A stretch of DNA of 64,000 nucleotides from an uncultured Chloroflexia bacterium (GTDB lineage Bacteria > Chloroflexota > Limnocylindria > Limnocylindrales > CSP1-4): assembly GCA_963713975.1 (NCBI GenBank), contig OY970218.1, positions 2,816,001 to 2,880,000 of the forward strand, in the 5' to 3' direction. Below are positions 36,884 through 46,496 of the stretch, piece by piece (position 1 is the stretch's first letter; each line of letters begins with the position of its first letter). The position numbers were made by a program, and so were the translations under genes. Below the pieces are notes generated by a model. That model ran no database searches, had not been told where the DNA came from, and worked only from the letters and a program-made list of their open reading frames with translations.

Positions 36884-38305
36884 ATGACAGACCCGCATGC
36901 CGCCCCCGGCGCGACCCCCATCGACATGGCCGTCGAGGCCGCGCTCGAGGCATCGCGCGATGCCCGCACCGAGGCGCTCCTCGAGTTCGCCCGGATCCCG
37001 AGCGTGTCGGCGCTGCCGGAGCACGCCGGCGACATGGTACGGGCGGCCGAGTGGGTTGCGGAGCGGCTCCGGGGGGTCGGCGCGACGGATGTCGAGGTGT
37101 CGCCGACGGAGCTCCACCCGATCGTCTACGGGCGGATCCACGAGGCCCCTGGTGGCCCGACTGCGCTCGTGTACTGCCACTACGACGTGCAGCCTGTCGA
37201 CCCCATCGACCTGTGGGATACGGCCCCGTGGGAACCCTTCGTCAAGGACGGACGGTTCGTGGGCCGGGGCGTGGCTGACGACAAGGGCCAGCTGGTCATG
37301 CACCTGTCGGCGCTCGAGGCCCTGCGATCGGTCGGGAAGGCGCCGGCGGTCAACCTCACCTTCGTGTTCGAGGGCGAGGAGGAGTACGGGTCGGCCAGCC
37401 TCTACACCTGGATCGAGGCCAACCGCGACCGGCTGTCCGCGGACGTCGCGATCATCAGCGATACCGGCTACTTCGAGGGCAACCTGCCCGCGATCACCGT
37501 CGGCCTGCGCGGGATCATGTATGCGCAGATCGATGTGGAACTGTCACCGGTCGACCTGCATTCGGGCATGTACGGGGGCACGGTGGCGAACCCCGCCAAC
37601 GCTTTGGCCGGGATCATCGCAGCGCTCAAGGGCCCGGACGGGCGGGTCCGCATCCCGAGGTTCTACGACGATGTCGTTGCCCTCACCGACGACGAGCGTG
37701 CGGCGATGGCCGCCCTGCCGTTCGACGAGGAGGAGTACCGCGCCGACATCCCCGTCCCGCAGCTCGTGGGCGAGGCGGGCTGGACCACGCTCGAGCGCAA
37801 GGGAGCGCGACCCACCCTGGACGTGAACGGCATGTGGAGCGGGTTCCAGGGCGAGGGGGCCAAGACGATCATCCCGGCCCATGCCCACGCCAAGGTCTCG
37901 ACCCGCCTTGTCGCCGACCAGGACCCCGCCAGGGTGTACGCGGCGTTCGCGGAGTTCGTGGCGGAGATCGCGCCGCCGGGCGTGACGGTCAGCACCTCGT
38001 ACATCCACGGCGGCGAGCCGTCACTGACCCCCATGGATCACACTGCGACCAGGGCCGCGGCGCGGGCCCTCGAGGCGGTTCACGGGAGGAAGCCCGTCTA
38101 CATCCGCGAGGGCGGCTCGATCCCGGTGACGGCCGCGTTCGACCACACCCTGGGCCTGCCGGTCGTGCTGCTCGGCTTCACGCAGCCCGCGTGCAACGCG
38201 CACGCGCCGAACGAGTACCTGCTGGTCGAGAACTTCGAGCTGGGGACCCGCGTGATCGTGCGCTTCTGGGACGAGCTCGCAAGTACCTTCGGCGGATCCA
38301 GGTAG
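36884..38305 (+). CDS. M20 family dipeptidase
   Basis: IPSVS, HYDVQP, GRGVADDKG, EGEEE, GGSIP and HAPNE motifs. Confidence 0.92.
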   Translation: MTDPHAAPGATPIDMAVEAALEASRDARTEALLEFARIPSVSALPEHAGDMVRAAEWVAERLRGVGATDVEVSPTELHPIVYGRIHEAPGGPTALVYCHYDVQPVDPIDLWDTAPWEPFVKDGRFVGRGVADDKGQLVMHLSALEALRSVGKAPAVNLTFVFEGEEEYGSASLYTWIEANRDRLSADVAIISDTGYFEGNLPAITVGLRGIMYAQIDVELSPVDLHSGMYGGTVANPANALAGIIAALKGPDGRVRIPRFYDDVVALTDDERAAMAALPFDEEEYRADIPVPQLVGEAGWTTLERKGARPTLDVNGMWSGFQGEGAKTIIPAHAHAKVSTRLVADQDPARVYAAFAEFVAEIAPPGVTVSTSYIHGGEPSLTPMDHTATRAAARALEAVHGRKPVYIREGGSIPVTAAFDHTLGLPVVLLGFTQPACNAHAPNEYLLVENFELGTRVIVRFWDELASTFGGSR

Positions 38306-38383
38306 TCCCGGGGGGTAGCGGCGCGCTGCAAACCCGGTGCTAGGATGCACCCACGGCTATCGATCGCGGGAGGACCGGCGCAC

Positions 38384-39460
38384 GTGACAACCGAGACGGG
38401 GGCGGGGGCGACACAGCAGGCGTCCTGGCGTTTTGAAGGACCGAACGGGAGCATGGCGCCCCGATCGGCCATCGAGGTGCTGGTCGATCTCAACGAGAAG
38501 GTTGCGGGCGGCAAGGTGGGGGAGTACCAGCCGGTGCCGCTGGGCTTCACGCCGCTCGACAAGACCATCGGGACCGGCCTCCGCGCGGGCGAGCTCCTGC
38601 TCATCGGCGGGGCGCAGGGAACCGGCAAGACGACGATGGCGCTGCAGATGGCGCGCAACGTCGCGTCCGGCGGCCAGGCGAACGTGCTGTACATCTGCTT
38701 CGAGCACGACGAGCTGTACCTGTTGAACCGGCTGATTGCCGCCGAGTCCGCGCTCGCCCACCTGCCCCACAAGACCGGTGCGATCAAGATCCAGGACGTC
38801 CGCAAAGAGATCCTGGGCACCTGGATGGCCGAGGGCGGCGGTGTCGCCCAGCTGGCCGCCAACCCGCGCCTGCGGCCGTCGCTGGACCGGATCGCCCGCT
38901 ACGGCCAGAACCTGTTCCTGCTCCGCGGCTCACAGACCGCGAGCACGATCGACGGGATGCGCCAGCTCATCCGGCAGCATCGCGAACTGTCCGGAGACCG
39001 TCGCCTGGTCGTGGTCGTGGACTATCTCCAGAAGGTGCCGGTCATCCCCGAGCCCGTGAGCGAGTCGGAGAAGGTGACCTTCGTCGTCAACGGCCTCAAG
39101 GACATCGCCCTGTCCGAGGACGTGCCGATGATCGCGATCGTCGCGGCGGACAAGGAGGGCCTCAAGGCCTCGCGCCTCCGCAACTACCACCTGCGCGGGT
39201 CGTCGGCGATCAACTACGAGGCCGACATCATCCTGATCCTGAACGAGAAGTACCAGATCGTTGCCAAGGTCAACATCGAGTTCAACCCGTACCAGGCGCA
39301 GCGCTTCCGGGACTGGGTGATCGTCTCGGTGGAGAAGAACCGCGGCGGCCAGGACGCGGTGGACCTGGAGTTCGAGAAGCACTTCGAGTTCTCCTGCTTT
39401 GACCCCAACGGGCGGACGGTGCAGGAGAAGCTGATCGAGGAGCGCCTCTACAACGACTGA
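38384..39460 (+). CDS. DnaB-family helicase motor domain lacking the N-terminal domain
   Basis: GAQGTGKT, CFEH, VVVDYLQ, LRGSSAINYEAD and VEKNRGG motifs; GTG 38384 after GGGAGGA. Confidence 0.82.
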   Translation: MTTETGAGATQQASWRFEGPNGSMAPRSAIEVLVDLNEKVAGGKVGEYQPVPLGFTPLDKTIGTGLRAGELLLIGGAQGTGKTTMALQMARNVASGGQANVLYICFEHDELYLLNRLIAAESALAHLPHKTGAIKIQDVRKEILGTWMAEGGGVAQLAANPRLRPSLDRIARYGQNLFLLRGSQTASTIDGMRQLIRQHRELSGDRRLVVVVDYLQKVPVIPEPVSESEKVTFVVNGLKDIALSEDVPMIAIVAADKEGLKASRLRNYHLRGSSAINYEADIILILNEKYQIVAKVNIEFNPYQAQRFRDWVIVSVEKNRGGQDAVDLEFEKHFEFSCFDPNGRTVQEKLIEERLYND

Positions 39461-39779
39461 GGTTCCGAATTCGAGCCGCGGGGGGTCTCGCTACCTCGTG
39501 CGCCGGACGTACGGCTTCCGGCGCTGGGCGGCGACCTGATGCGCAGGACGCACGGCTGAGGCTGCCGCCGGACGCCAGGCAGTGCCTGGATGCCTGCCAC
39601 GCACATGCGACGCACGTCGGCGACGATGGGCCGCGGAACAATGTGCGCGTGACGCACGGGCCGGTCGGAATCGGCATGGCCCACGTGCCAGGGCCGGGGC
39701 GGATCGTGATCTGGACCGGCTCGCTCCCGTGACGACGCCGGCCTCGTTCGGGCTGTACCGGGCACGGTAGAGTTCGCGC

Positions 39780-40298
39780 ATGACCAACCCCAATGCCGAC
39801 CGCTTCCCGGGCGTCGTCGAGATCGTCGTTGAGATCCCGCGGGGAAGCCGCAACAAGTACGAGTTCGACGAGGTAGCCGGTGTCTACCGACTGGACCGGG
39901 TCCTGTCGTCGGCCGTGTTCTACAACTTCGACTACGGCTTCATCGAGGGGACGCGGGCCGATGACGGCGATCACACGGACGCCCTCCTGATCATCGACGA
40001 GCCGACCTTCACGGGCTGCCACGTCTGGGCGCGTCCGATCGGCGGGCTGGAGATGCGCGACGAGAAGGGCTTCGACTTCAAGACGCTGTGCGTCGCCGTG
40101 CACGACCCTCACCAGCAGCACATCGAGCGCCTCGAGCAGATGCGCCCGCACCGGCTCGTCGAGATCGAGCACTTCTTCAACACCTACAAGCTGCTCGAGG
40201 AGAAGGACGTCGATGTGGTGGGCTGGCGGGATCGGGATCGCGCGCTCGAGGTGCTGACGGCGGATCGCGTGCGCTACCGGCGCGAAGTTGGTGGCTGA
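39780..40298 (+). CDS. ppa: Family I inorganic pyrophosphatase
   Basis: EIPRGSRNKYE, LDR, YGFI, DGDHTD, DEKG.DFK and FFNTYKLLE motifs. Confidence 0.93.
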   Translation: MTNPNADRFPGVVEIVVEIPRGSRNKYEFDEVAGVYRLDRVLSSAVFYNFDYGFIEGTRADDGDHTDALLIIDEPTFTGCHVWARPIGGLEMRDEKGFDFKTLCVAVHDPHQQHIERLEQMRPHRLVEIEHFFNTYKLLEEKDVDVVGWRDRDRALEVLTADRVRYRREVGG

Positions 40299-40878
40299 GC
40301 GCCCGGACCGACTGTTCGTCGCGGTGCCGCTGCCACCGGCGCCGCTGGCGGCCTGCAAGGCGCTGATCGAGGGCGTTCGCGCCGGACCGCTCGGTGACGT
40401 GCCCCGTTGGGTCCACGTCGACAACCTCCACCTGACGGTGCGCTTCCTGGGCGAGACACCGCCCGAGCTCACTCCGGATGCCGCGCTGGCCGTCCAGGAC
40501 GCGATCACGGGTGCGCGGGCGTTCGAGGTCGTCCTCGCCGGGGCCGGCGCTTTTCCGGAGGCGCGCAAGCCGCGCGCGCTGTGGCTGGGCATTGAACGAG
40601 GCGCCGGGGAGCTGGGCGCACTCATGGATGCGCTGGACCCCGCGCTGGAGCCCCTCGGCTGGCCGCGCGATGACCGCCCGTACCGCCCGCACCTGACGGT
40701 CGCGCGCCTGGATCGCTCGTCCATCGCCTCGTCCGGCGCAGTCGCCGACGAACTGCGGACGGCCGCCGCCGACTGGAGGACGTCCTTCCGGGCGGACCGT
40801 GTGGTCCTCTACCGCAGCCACCTCGGGGGCGGACCGCCCCGCTACGAGCCGCTGGTCGAGGTGGCGCTGGAGCCCTGA
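40288..40878 (+). CDS. thpR: RNA 2',3'-cyclic phosphodiesterase (2H family)
   Basis: RLFVAV; two HLT motifs (HLTVRFLG, PHLTVAR). Confidence 0.9.
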   Translation: MVAERPDRLFVAVPLPPAPLAACKALIEGVRAGPLGDVPRWVHVDNLHLTVRFLGETPPELTPDAALAVQDAITGARAFEVVLAGAGAFPEARKPRALWLGIERGAGELGALMDALDPALEPLGWPRDDRPYRPHLTVARLDRSSIASSGAVADELRTAAADWRTSFRADRVVLYRSHLGGGPPRYEPLVEVALEP

Positions 40879-40964
40879 GCTTCGCCCGCGTGTTGCCCCT
40901 GTGCGGCAGGACGCGCTAGGCTCCGGGGGCTCTCCCCGTCCACCCACCCGGAGGTCGCCACCTG

Positions 40965-42338
40965 ATGGCCAGTGTCAATTCCCGCCGGACCAAGTTCGTG
41001 CTCGACGAGGACCGGATCCCGCGGGCCTGGTACAACATCGCGGCCGACCTGCCCGTGGTGCCTCCGCCGCCCCTCCATCCGGGCACCGGCCAGCCGATCG
41101 GCCCTGCCGACCTCGCGCCCCTGTTCCCAATGGCGCTGATCCTCCAGGAGGTCAGCTCGGATCGCGAGATCGAGATCCCGGACCCGGTCCGCGACGCCTA
41201 CCGGCTCTACCGCCCGTCGCCGCTGCATCGCGCCCACCGCCTCGAGGCTGCGCTCGATACGCCGGCCCACATCTACTACAAGTACGAGGGCGTGAGCCCG
41301 GCCGGCAGCCACAAGCCGAACACGGCCCTGCCGCAGGCGTTCTTCAACAAGGAGGAGGGCGTCAAGCGGCTCGCGACGGAGACCGGGGCTGGGCAGTGGG
41401 GGAGTGCGCTCGCGTTCGCGGGTTCCGTCTTCGGTCTCGAGGTCAAGGTCTACATGGTCAGGGCGAGCTACGACCAGAAGCCGTACCGCCGGATCCTGAT
41501 GGAGACCTACGGAGCGTCGGTCGTGGCCAGCCCCAGCCCCACCACGAACTATGGCCGGCGGGTGCTGGCGGAGACGCCCGACTCGAACGGCTCGCTCGGG
41601 ATCGCGATCAGCGAGGCGGTCGAGGACGCGGCGACCCGCGACGACACGAAGTACTCGCTGGGTTCCGTCCTCAACCACGTGATGCTCCACCAGACGGTGA
41701 TCGGGCTCGAGGCCCAGGAGCAGATGGCGATGGCCGGCGAGGAGCCGGACGTGATCGTGGCCTGCGCCGGGGGAGGGTCCAACTTCGCCGGGCTGACTTT
41801 CCCGTTCGTCGGTCGGAACCTGCGGGGCGAGGCGACCTACCGGGTCATCGCCGCGGAGCCCGAGGCCGCACCGTCGCTCACCCGCGGCATCTACGCCTAC
41901 GACTACGGGGACACGGGCAAGATGGCCCCGATCGTCAAGATGCACACGCTCGGGTCCGAGTTCATGCCGGAGCCGATCCACGCGGGCGGCCTGCGCTACC
42001 ACGGCATGTCGCCGCTCGTCTCCCTGCTCAAGGAGCATGGCCTGATCGAGGCACGCAGCGTGCACCAGCGGGCCTGCTTCGAGGTCGGGGTCCAGTTCGC
42101 GCGCGCCGAGGGGATCCTGCCGGCGCCGGAGAGCACGCACGCGATCAAGGTTGTCGTGGACGAGGCGATGGAGGCCAAGGAGGCCGGCGAGCCGAGGGTG
42201 ATCCTGTTCAACCTGTCCGGGCACGGCCACTTCGACCTGGCGAGCTACGAGCGGTACCTGCAGGGCTCCCTGGAGGACTACGAGTACCCCGCCGACAAGG
42301 TCGCCCAGGCGCTGTCCGCCCTGCCCCGGGTCGGCTGA
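40965..42338 (+). CDS. trpB: TrpB2 (tryptophan synthase beta-like PLP enzyme)
   Basis: GSHKPNTA, TETGAGQWG, GGGSN, HAGGLRYHG, PAPES and NLSGHG motifs; no trpA adjacent. Confidence 0.93.
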   Translation: MASVNSRRTKFVLDEDRIPRAWYNIAADLPVVPPPPLHPGTGQPIGPADLAPLFPMALILQEVSSDREIEIPDPVRDAYRLYRPSPLHRAHRLEAALDTPAHIYYKYEGVSPAGSHKPNTALPQAFFNKEEGVKRLATETGAGQWGSALAFAGSVFGLEVKVYMVRASYDQKPYRRILMETYGASVVASPSPTTNYGRRVLAETPDSNGSLGIAISEAVEDAATRDDTKYSLGSVLNHVMLHQTVIGLEAQEQMAMAGEEPDVIVACAGGGSNFAGLTFPFVGRNLRGEATYRVIAAEPEAAPSLTRGIYAYDYGDTGKMAPIVKMHTLGSEFMPEPIHAGGLRYHGMSPLVSLLKEHGLIEARSVHQRACFEVGVQFARAEGILPAPESTHAIKVVVDEAMEAKEAGEPRVILFNLSGHGHFDLASYERYLQGSLEDYEYPADKVAQALSALPRVG

Positions 42339-42360
42339 CCGGGCGCGGGGACATCTACCG

Positions 42361-42627
42361 GTGCCCAAGCTCGCGTGTCGCGCATGCGGCCGGGAGGTCT
42401 ACACGGCGGCGTCGCTGGATTCGCTGTTCGCCGAGGAGCGTCGGTGCCCACGTTGTGGCGCGCTCCTGGACCCGGAACGTCGACTCACGGACCGCCGCCA
42501 GCACGTGCGACGAGTCAACCCGCCGGACGCGCCGGGCCCGCCCGATGAGACCGGTGAACGCCGCATTGGCGAGCGGCGCCGGGGCCGACGACGATCCGGT
42601 GAGACGGGTACGTGGCCGGGCCGCTGA
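42361..42627 (+). CDS. Small Zn-ribbon protein with Arg-rich (D/E)RR repeats
   Basis: CRAC...CPRC; ERRLTDRR and ERRIGERRR; fills the gap between trpB2 and tyrA. Confidence 0.6.
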   Translation: MPKLACRACGREVYTAASLDSLFAEERRCPRCGALLDPERRLTDRRQHVRRVNPPDAPGPPDETGERRIGERRRGRRRSGETGTWPGR

Positions 42628-42668
42628 GCAGAACGCACAGGCGCGGCAGCGTCCCCGATAATCGGGGC

Positions 42669-43541
42669 ATGCAGATCACCTTCCTGGGTCTCGGGCTGAT
42701 CGGGGGTTCGATCGCACGCGCCGTGCGCCTCTCGCCCGCGTACGAGGGTGCGAAGGTGGTCGCTTGGACGTCGTCCGGGGACGGCCCCAGGGGTGCACTG
42801 GCGGCCGGCATCATCGACGAAGCGGCGGACGATCCAGCCATGGCGCTCGCCGGCGCCGACCTGGTCGTCCTGGCGGCTCCCCCAGTTGCCTGCGTGTCGC
42901 TCGTGCGTCGCCTGGGCGACGACCTCCGGGCCGCGCTGGCGGATGGGGCGACGGTGACCGACGTGGCGTCCACGAAGGCCGCGCTGACGGCGGCGGCCCG
43001 CGAGGCACGGATCCCGTGGGTGGGCGGCCATCCCATGGCGGGCCGCGAATCGAGCGGGTTCGAGGCCGCCGACCCGGAGCTGTTCGCCGGCCGGCCCTGG
43101 GTGCTCACGGAGGCCGTCGGGGGCGGCGATCCGGAGGCCGTCCGGACGCTCGCGCTCGCCTGCGGCGCGCGCCCGGTCGCGCTCGACGCGGATCGCCACG
43201 ACCGCCTGGTGGCGTCCATCAGCCACCTCCCGTTGCTGGCATCCGTCGCGCTGGTCGAGGCCGTCGCTGGGACCGGTGGGCCCTCGGGCCCGGACTGGGC
43301 CGCCGCGATCACGCTGGCCGCGGGAGGCTGGCGCGACACGACACGACTGGCCAGGGGCGACGCCACCATGGGCGCGGAGATCGCGGCCACCAACGCACCC
43401 GCCATCGCCGAGGCCCTGCGCCGCTACCGCGACCGGATCGACGAGTGGCTCACGCTGCTCGAGGCGACGCCCGCGCCGGACACGGAGGTGCTCCGGCACC
43501 GCCTGGCGGCCGCGCGGGAGCGCCTGGACGAACCGGCCTGA
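42669..43541 (+). CDS. tyrA: Prephenate/arogenate dehydrogenase
   Basis: GLGLIGGS, DVASTK, GGHPMAGRE, HDRLVASISHLP and DTTRLA motifs. Confidence 0.92.
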   Translation: MQITFLGLGLIGGSIARAVRLSPAYEGAKVVAWTSSGDGPRGALAAGIIDEAADDPAMALAGADLVVLAAPPVACVSLVRRLGDDLRAALADGATVTDVASTKAALTAAAREARIPWVGGHPMAGRESSGFEAADPELFAGRPWVLTEAVGGGDPEAVRTLALACGARPVALDADRHDRLVASISHLPLLASVALVEAVAGTGGPSGPDWAAAITLAAGGWRDTTRLARGDATMGAEIAATNAPAIAEALRRYRDRIDEWLTLLEATPAPDTEVLRHRLAAARERLDEPA

Positions 43542-44122
43542 TGGGCAACCCTGACGAGCTGGTGCTGGTGGTGCCGCGCGCCGTCCTGATGGACCGCGAG
43601 GGCTGGCTCGGGGTCCGCCGCGGCGGGGTCGATGCGGCCCTCGACGTCGTGGCGCGCGAAGGGTTCTTCATGCGCCGCGGCGATGCCGAGGATGATCCGT
43701 CCCACAAGCAGGTGATCCCGTACCTCGTGCTGCGCGACGGCGAGCGGTGGTTCCTCATGCGGCGCACCCGGGCCGGCGGCGACGCGCGCCTCCACGACAT
43801 GTGGTCGATCGGGGTTGGCGGCCACCTGAACCCGGGGGACGGTGACATCCCTGGCGGGCTCCGGCGCGAGTGGGCCGAGGAGCTGGATGCGTCGTTCGTC
43901 CCGGAGTTTGCGCCGGTCGGCCTCCTCAACGACGATTCCACGGCCGTCGGCGCCGTCCATGTCGGTTTCGTATACGTGGCGGACGCCGCCGGCCGGGCCG
44001 TCCGGATCCGGGAGGCGGACAAGCTGGAGGGCAGCTTCGTGACCGGAGCTGAGGTGGCTGCCGTTCGCGATGACCTGGAGACGTGGAGCCGGCTCGCGTT
44101 CGACGTGCTGGCCGAGTCGTGA
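43541..44122 (+). CDS. NUDIX-family phosphoesterase (COG4112-like)
   Basis: KQVIPY, SIGVGGH and GLRREWAEEL motifs; ATG overlaps the tyrA stop. Confidence 0.82.
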   Translation: MGNPDELVLVVPRAVLMDREGWLGVRRGGVDAALDVVAREGFFMRRGDAEDDPSHKQVIPYLVLRDGERWFLMRRTRAGGDARLHDMWSIGVGGHLNPGDGDIPGGLRREWAEELDASFVPEFAPVGLLNDDSTAVGAVHVGFVYVADAAGRAVRIREADKLEGSFVTGAEVAAVRDDLETWSRLAFDVLAES

Positions 44123-44178
44123 CCCGGTAGGGCGCAGCGGCACGCGACGCCCGACCCGCCCGGTGAGATACTCGGACC

Positions 44179-45573
44179 GTGCCCATGGCTGATCGAACGC
44201 GCGCCGTCCGTCACCGGGTCGCCCACGCCGTCCTGCTGCTGGGCGTCCTGCTGCTGGGCGTGACCGGCGTGGCGCAGGCCACCGGGGCGGAGGCGGTCGT
44301 CCTCACCGCGAACGGGGTCGTGGACGACGCGCTCGCGGGCTATCTCGAGGAGGGCGTTGCCACTGCCGCCGCGGATGGTGCCGCCGCGGTGGTCGTGGAG
44401 CTGGACACGCCCGGCGGCAGTCTTGACGCCACCAGCCGGATCCGCAAGGCATTCCTGGCATCGACGGTGCCGGTGATCGTGTGGATCGCGCCGTCCGGCG
44501 CCCGCGCCGCCAGCGCCGGCACGTTCATCACGCTGGCCGGGAACCTCGCCTACATGGCGCCCGGCACCAACATCGGCGCCGCGACGCCCGTCAGCAGCAC
44601 CGGCGAGGACATCCCCGGCACCATGGGCGAGAAGGTCCTCAACGACTCGATCGCGGCCATCTCCGCCACGGCCGAGGCGCGCGGACGGCCCGTTGACTGG
44701 GCGGTGTCCACCGTTGCGGAGGCCCGCTCGTACACGGCGAGCGAGGCCGTTGCCGCGGGCGCCGTGGACGGCATCGCGGAGACGTTGGACCAGGTGCTGG
44801 CGGCCGCCGATGGTGAGACGGTGACCGTGGCCGGTGGCACCCCCGTCACCCTGGATCTCGCGGGGGCCACGGTGGTCGAGACCCCGATGGGTCCCGTCCT
44901 GGGCTTCCTGCACCTCCTGTCCGATCCGAACATCGCGTTCCTCCTGTTCGTCGTGGGCGTGCTGGGCCTCGCGACCGAGCTGATCAACCCGAACCTCGTC
45001 ACCGGGTTGCTGGGTGCCCTCGCACTGCTCCTGGCGTTCGTGGGGTTCGGGAGCCTGCCGCTCAACGTGGCCGGGGTGCTGCTCGTCGCATTCGGCTTCA
45101 TCCTGTTCGTCCTCGAGACCCAGATCGTGAGCCACGGCCTGTTGATGCTGGGCGGGATCGTGTGCCTCGCGCTGGGTGCGGCGGCCCTGTACACGGCGCC
45201 GATGACCCCGACCGGCCCGCTCGTCGCGGTGGCGCCGCCCGTCATCGCGGCCGTCACGGTGACGATCGGCGGGCTCATGGCGCTGATCGCGGTCGCGGCC
45301 GTCCGCACGCGGCGGATGGGGACGACGACCGGTACCGTGGGCTCCGTGGTCCCAACCGGGACCGAGGGCGTCGTCCGGGCTCCGCTGGCGCCGGGCGGCA
45401 CCGTGTACCTCGCCGGCGAGACCTGGAGCGCCCGCACCCCGGACGAGCGGAGCCTGCCCCGCGACACACCCGTCCGATTGATCGCCTTCGACGGCCTCAC
45501 CGCCCTCGTGGAACCCGTCGACGCCCAGCCCGATCCATCCCGGCCGACCCCGTTGATCGCCGACCGTCCCTAG
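44179..45573 (+). CDS. nfeD: Long NfeD: membrane-bound ClpP-class serine protease + TMs + OB fold
   Basis: LDTPGG, AASAG, MAPGTNIGAATP and GETWSAR motifs. Confidence 0.92.
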   Translation: MPMADRTRAVRHRVAHAVLLLGVLLLGVTGVAQATGAEAVVLTANGVVDDALAGYLEEGVATAAADGAAAVVVELDTPGGSLDATSRIRKAFLASTVPVIVWIAPSGARAASAGTFITLAGNLAYMAPGTNIGAATPVSSTGEDIPGTMGEKVLNDSIAAISATAEARGRPVDWAVSTVAEARSYTASEAVAAGAVDGIAETLDQVLAAADGETVTVAGGTPVTLDLAGATVVETPMGPVLGFLHLLSDPNIAFLLFVVGVLGLATELINPNLVTGLLGALALLLAFVGFGSLPLNVAGVLLVAFGFILFVLETQIVSHGLLMLGGIVCLALGAAALYTAPMTPTGPLVAVAPPVIAAVTVTIGGLMALIAVAAVRTRRMGTTTGTVGSVVPTGTEGVVRAPLAPGGTVYLAGETWSARTPDERSLPRDTPVRLIAFDGLTALVEPVDAQPDPSRPTPLIADRP

Positions 45574-45587
45574 CCCCGGAGGACCCC

Positions 45588-46496
45588 ATGGAGCTCGTCA
45601 TCGCCCTCGTCACGCTCGCGGTCATCGCCGGGATCCTGCTGATGATCCTGTACCTGTCGGTGCGGGTCGTGCAGCAGTACGAGCGGATGGTCGTCTTCCG
45701 CCTGGGCAAGACCAACGAGAAGATGGTGCGCGAGCCGGGCCTCAGGTTCCTGGTCCCCGTCGTGGACCGGCCAGTGAAGGTGGACATGCGCGAGCAGTTC
45801 ATCGAGGTCCCGAGCCAGACGACCATCACCAAGGACAACGCCCCGATCAACGTCGACTTCCTGATCTACTGGCGCATTGCGGACGCGCTCAAGAGCGTGG
45901 TCAACGTGGCCAACTTCCCGGGCGCCCTCCAGGGCGTGGCGACCACGACGCTGCGTGCCGTCATCGGCGACATCCTGCTCGACGACGTCCTGTCCAAGCG
46001 CGAGCAGATCAACGAGGTCCTGCGGACGAAGCTGGACGAGGTCACCGAGCGCTGGGGCGGCAAGATCACGACCGTCGAGATCCGCGAGATCACGCCGCCC
46101 CGCGACGTACAGGACGCGATGAACCGGCAGCTGTCCGCGGAGCGGACGCGGCGCGCCGTGATCACCGAGTCCGAGGGTGCCCGGCAGTCCGCGATCAACG
46201 TCGCCGAGGGCCAGAAGCAGTCGGAGATCCTGAAGGCCGAGGGCGAGCGCCAGGCGGCCATCCTCCGGGCCGAGGGGTTCAGCCAGGCGCTCGAGCGGAT
46301 CTACGCCGCCGCCCACCAAATCGACGAGAAGACGATGGCCCTGCAGTACCTCGACGCGCTCAAGCAGTTGGGGACAAGCCCGTCGACCAAGTTCGTCATC
46401 CCGACCGAGTTCACCCGCCTGGCCGACCAGATCGGCGGATACGTTGACCGCGGCATGACGGCACGACCTGACCAGGAGAACGGGGACGCCCGCTGA
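45588..46496 (+). CDS. Stomatin/slipin SPFH-domain protein
   Basis: YERMVVFRLG, ITKDN, TTLRAVIG and AERTRRA motifs; GGAGG RBS. Confidence 0.92.
   Translation: MELVIALVTLAVIAGILLMILYLSVRVVQQYERMVVFRLGKTNEKMVREPGLRFLVPVVDRPVKVDMREQFIEVPSQTTITKDNAPINVDFLIYWRIADALKSVVNVANFPGALQGVATTTLRAVIGDILLDDVLSKREQINEVLRTKLDEVTERWGGKITTVEIREITPPRDVQDAMNRQLSAERTRRAVITESEGARQSAINVAEGQKQSEILKAEGERQAAILRAEGFSQALERIYAAAHQIDEKTMALQYLDALKQLGTSPSTKFVIPTEFTRLADQIGGYVDRGMTARPDQENGDAR

Noticed and set aside
44230-44259. 15-bp tandem duplication GTCCTGCTGCTGGGC x2
   Set aside because: Simply encodes VLLLG twice in the NfeD signal peptide
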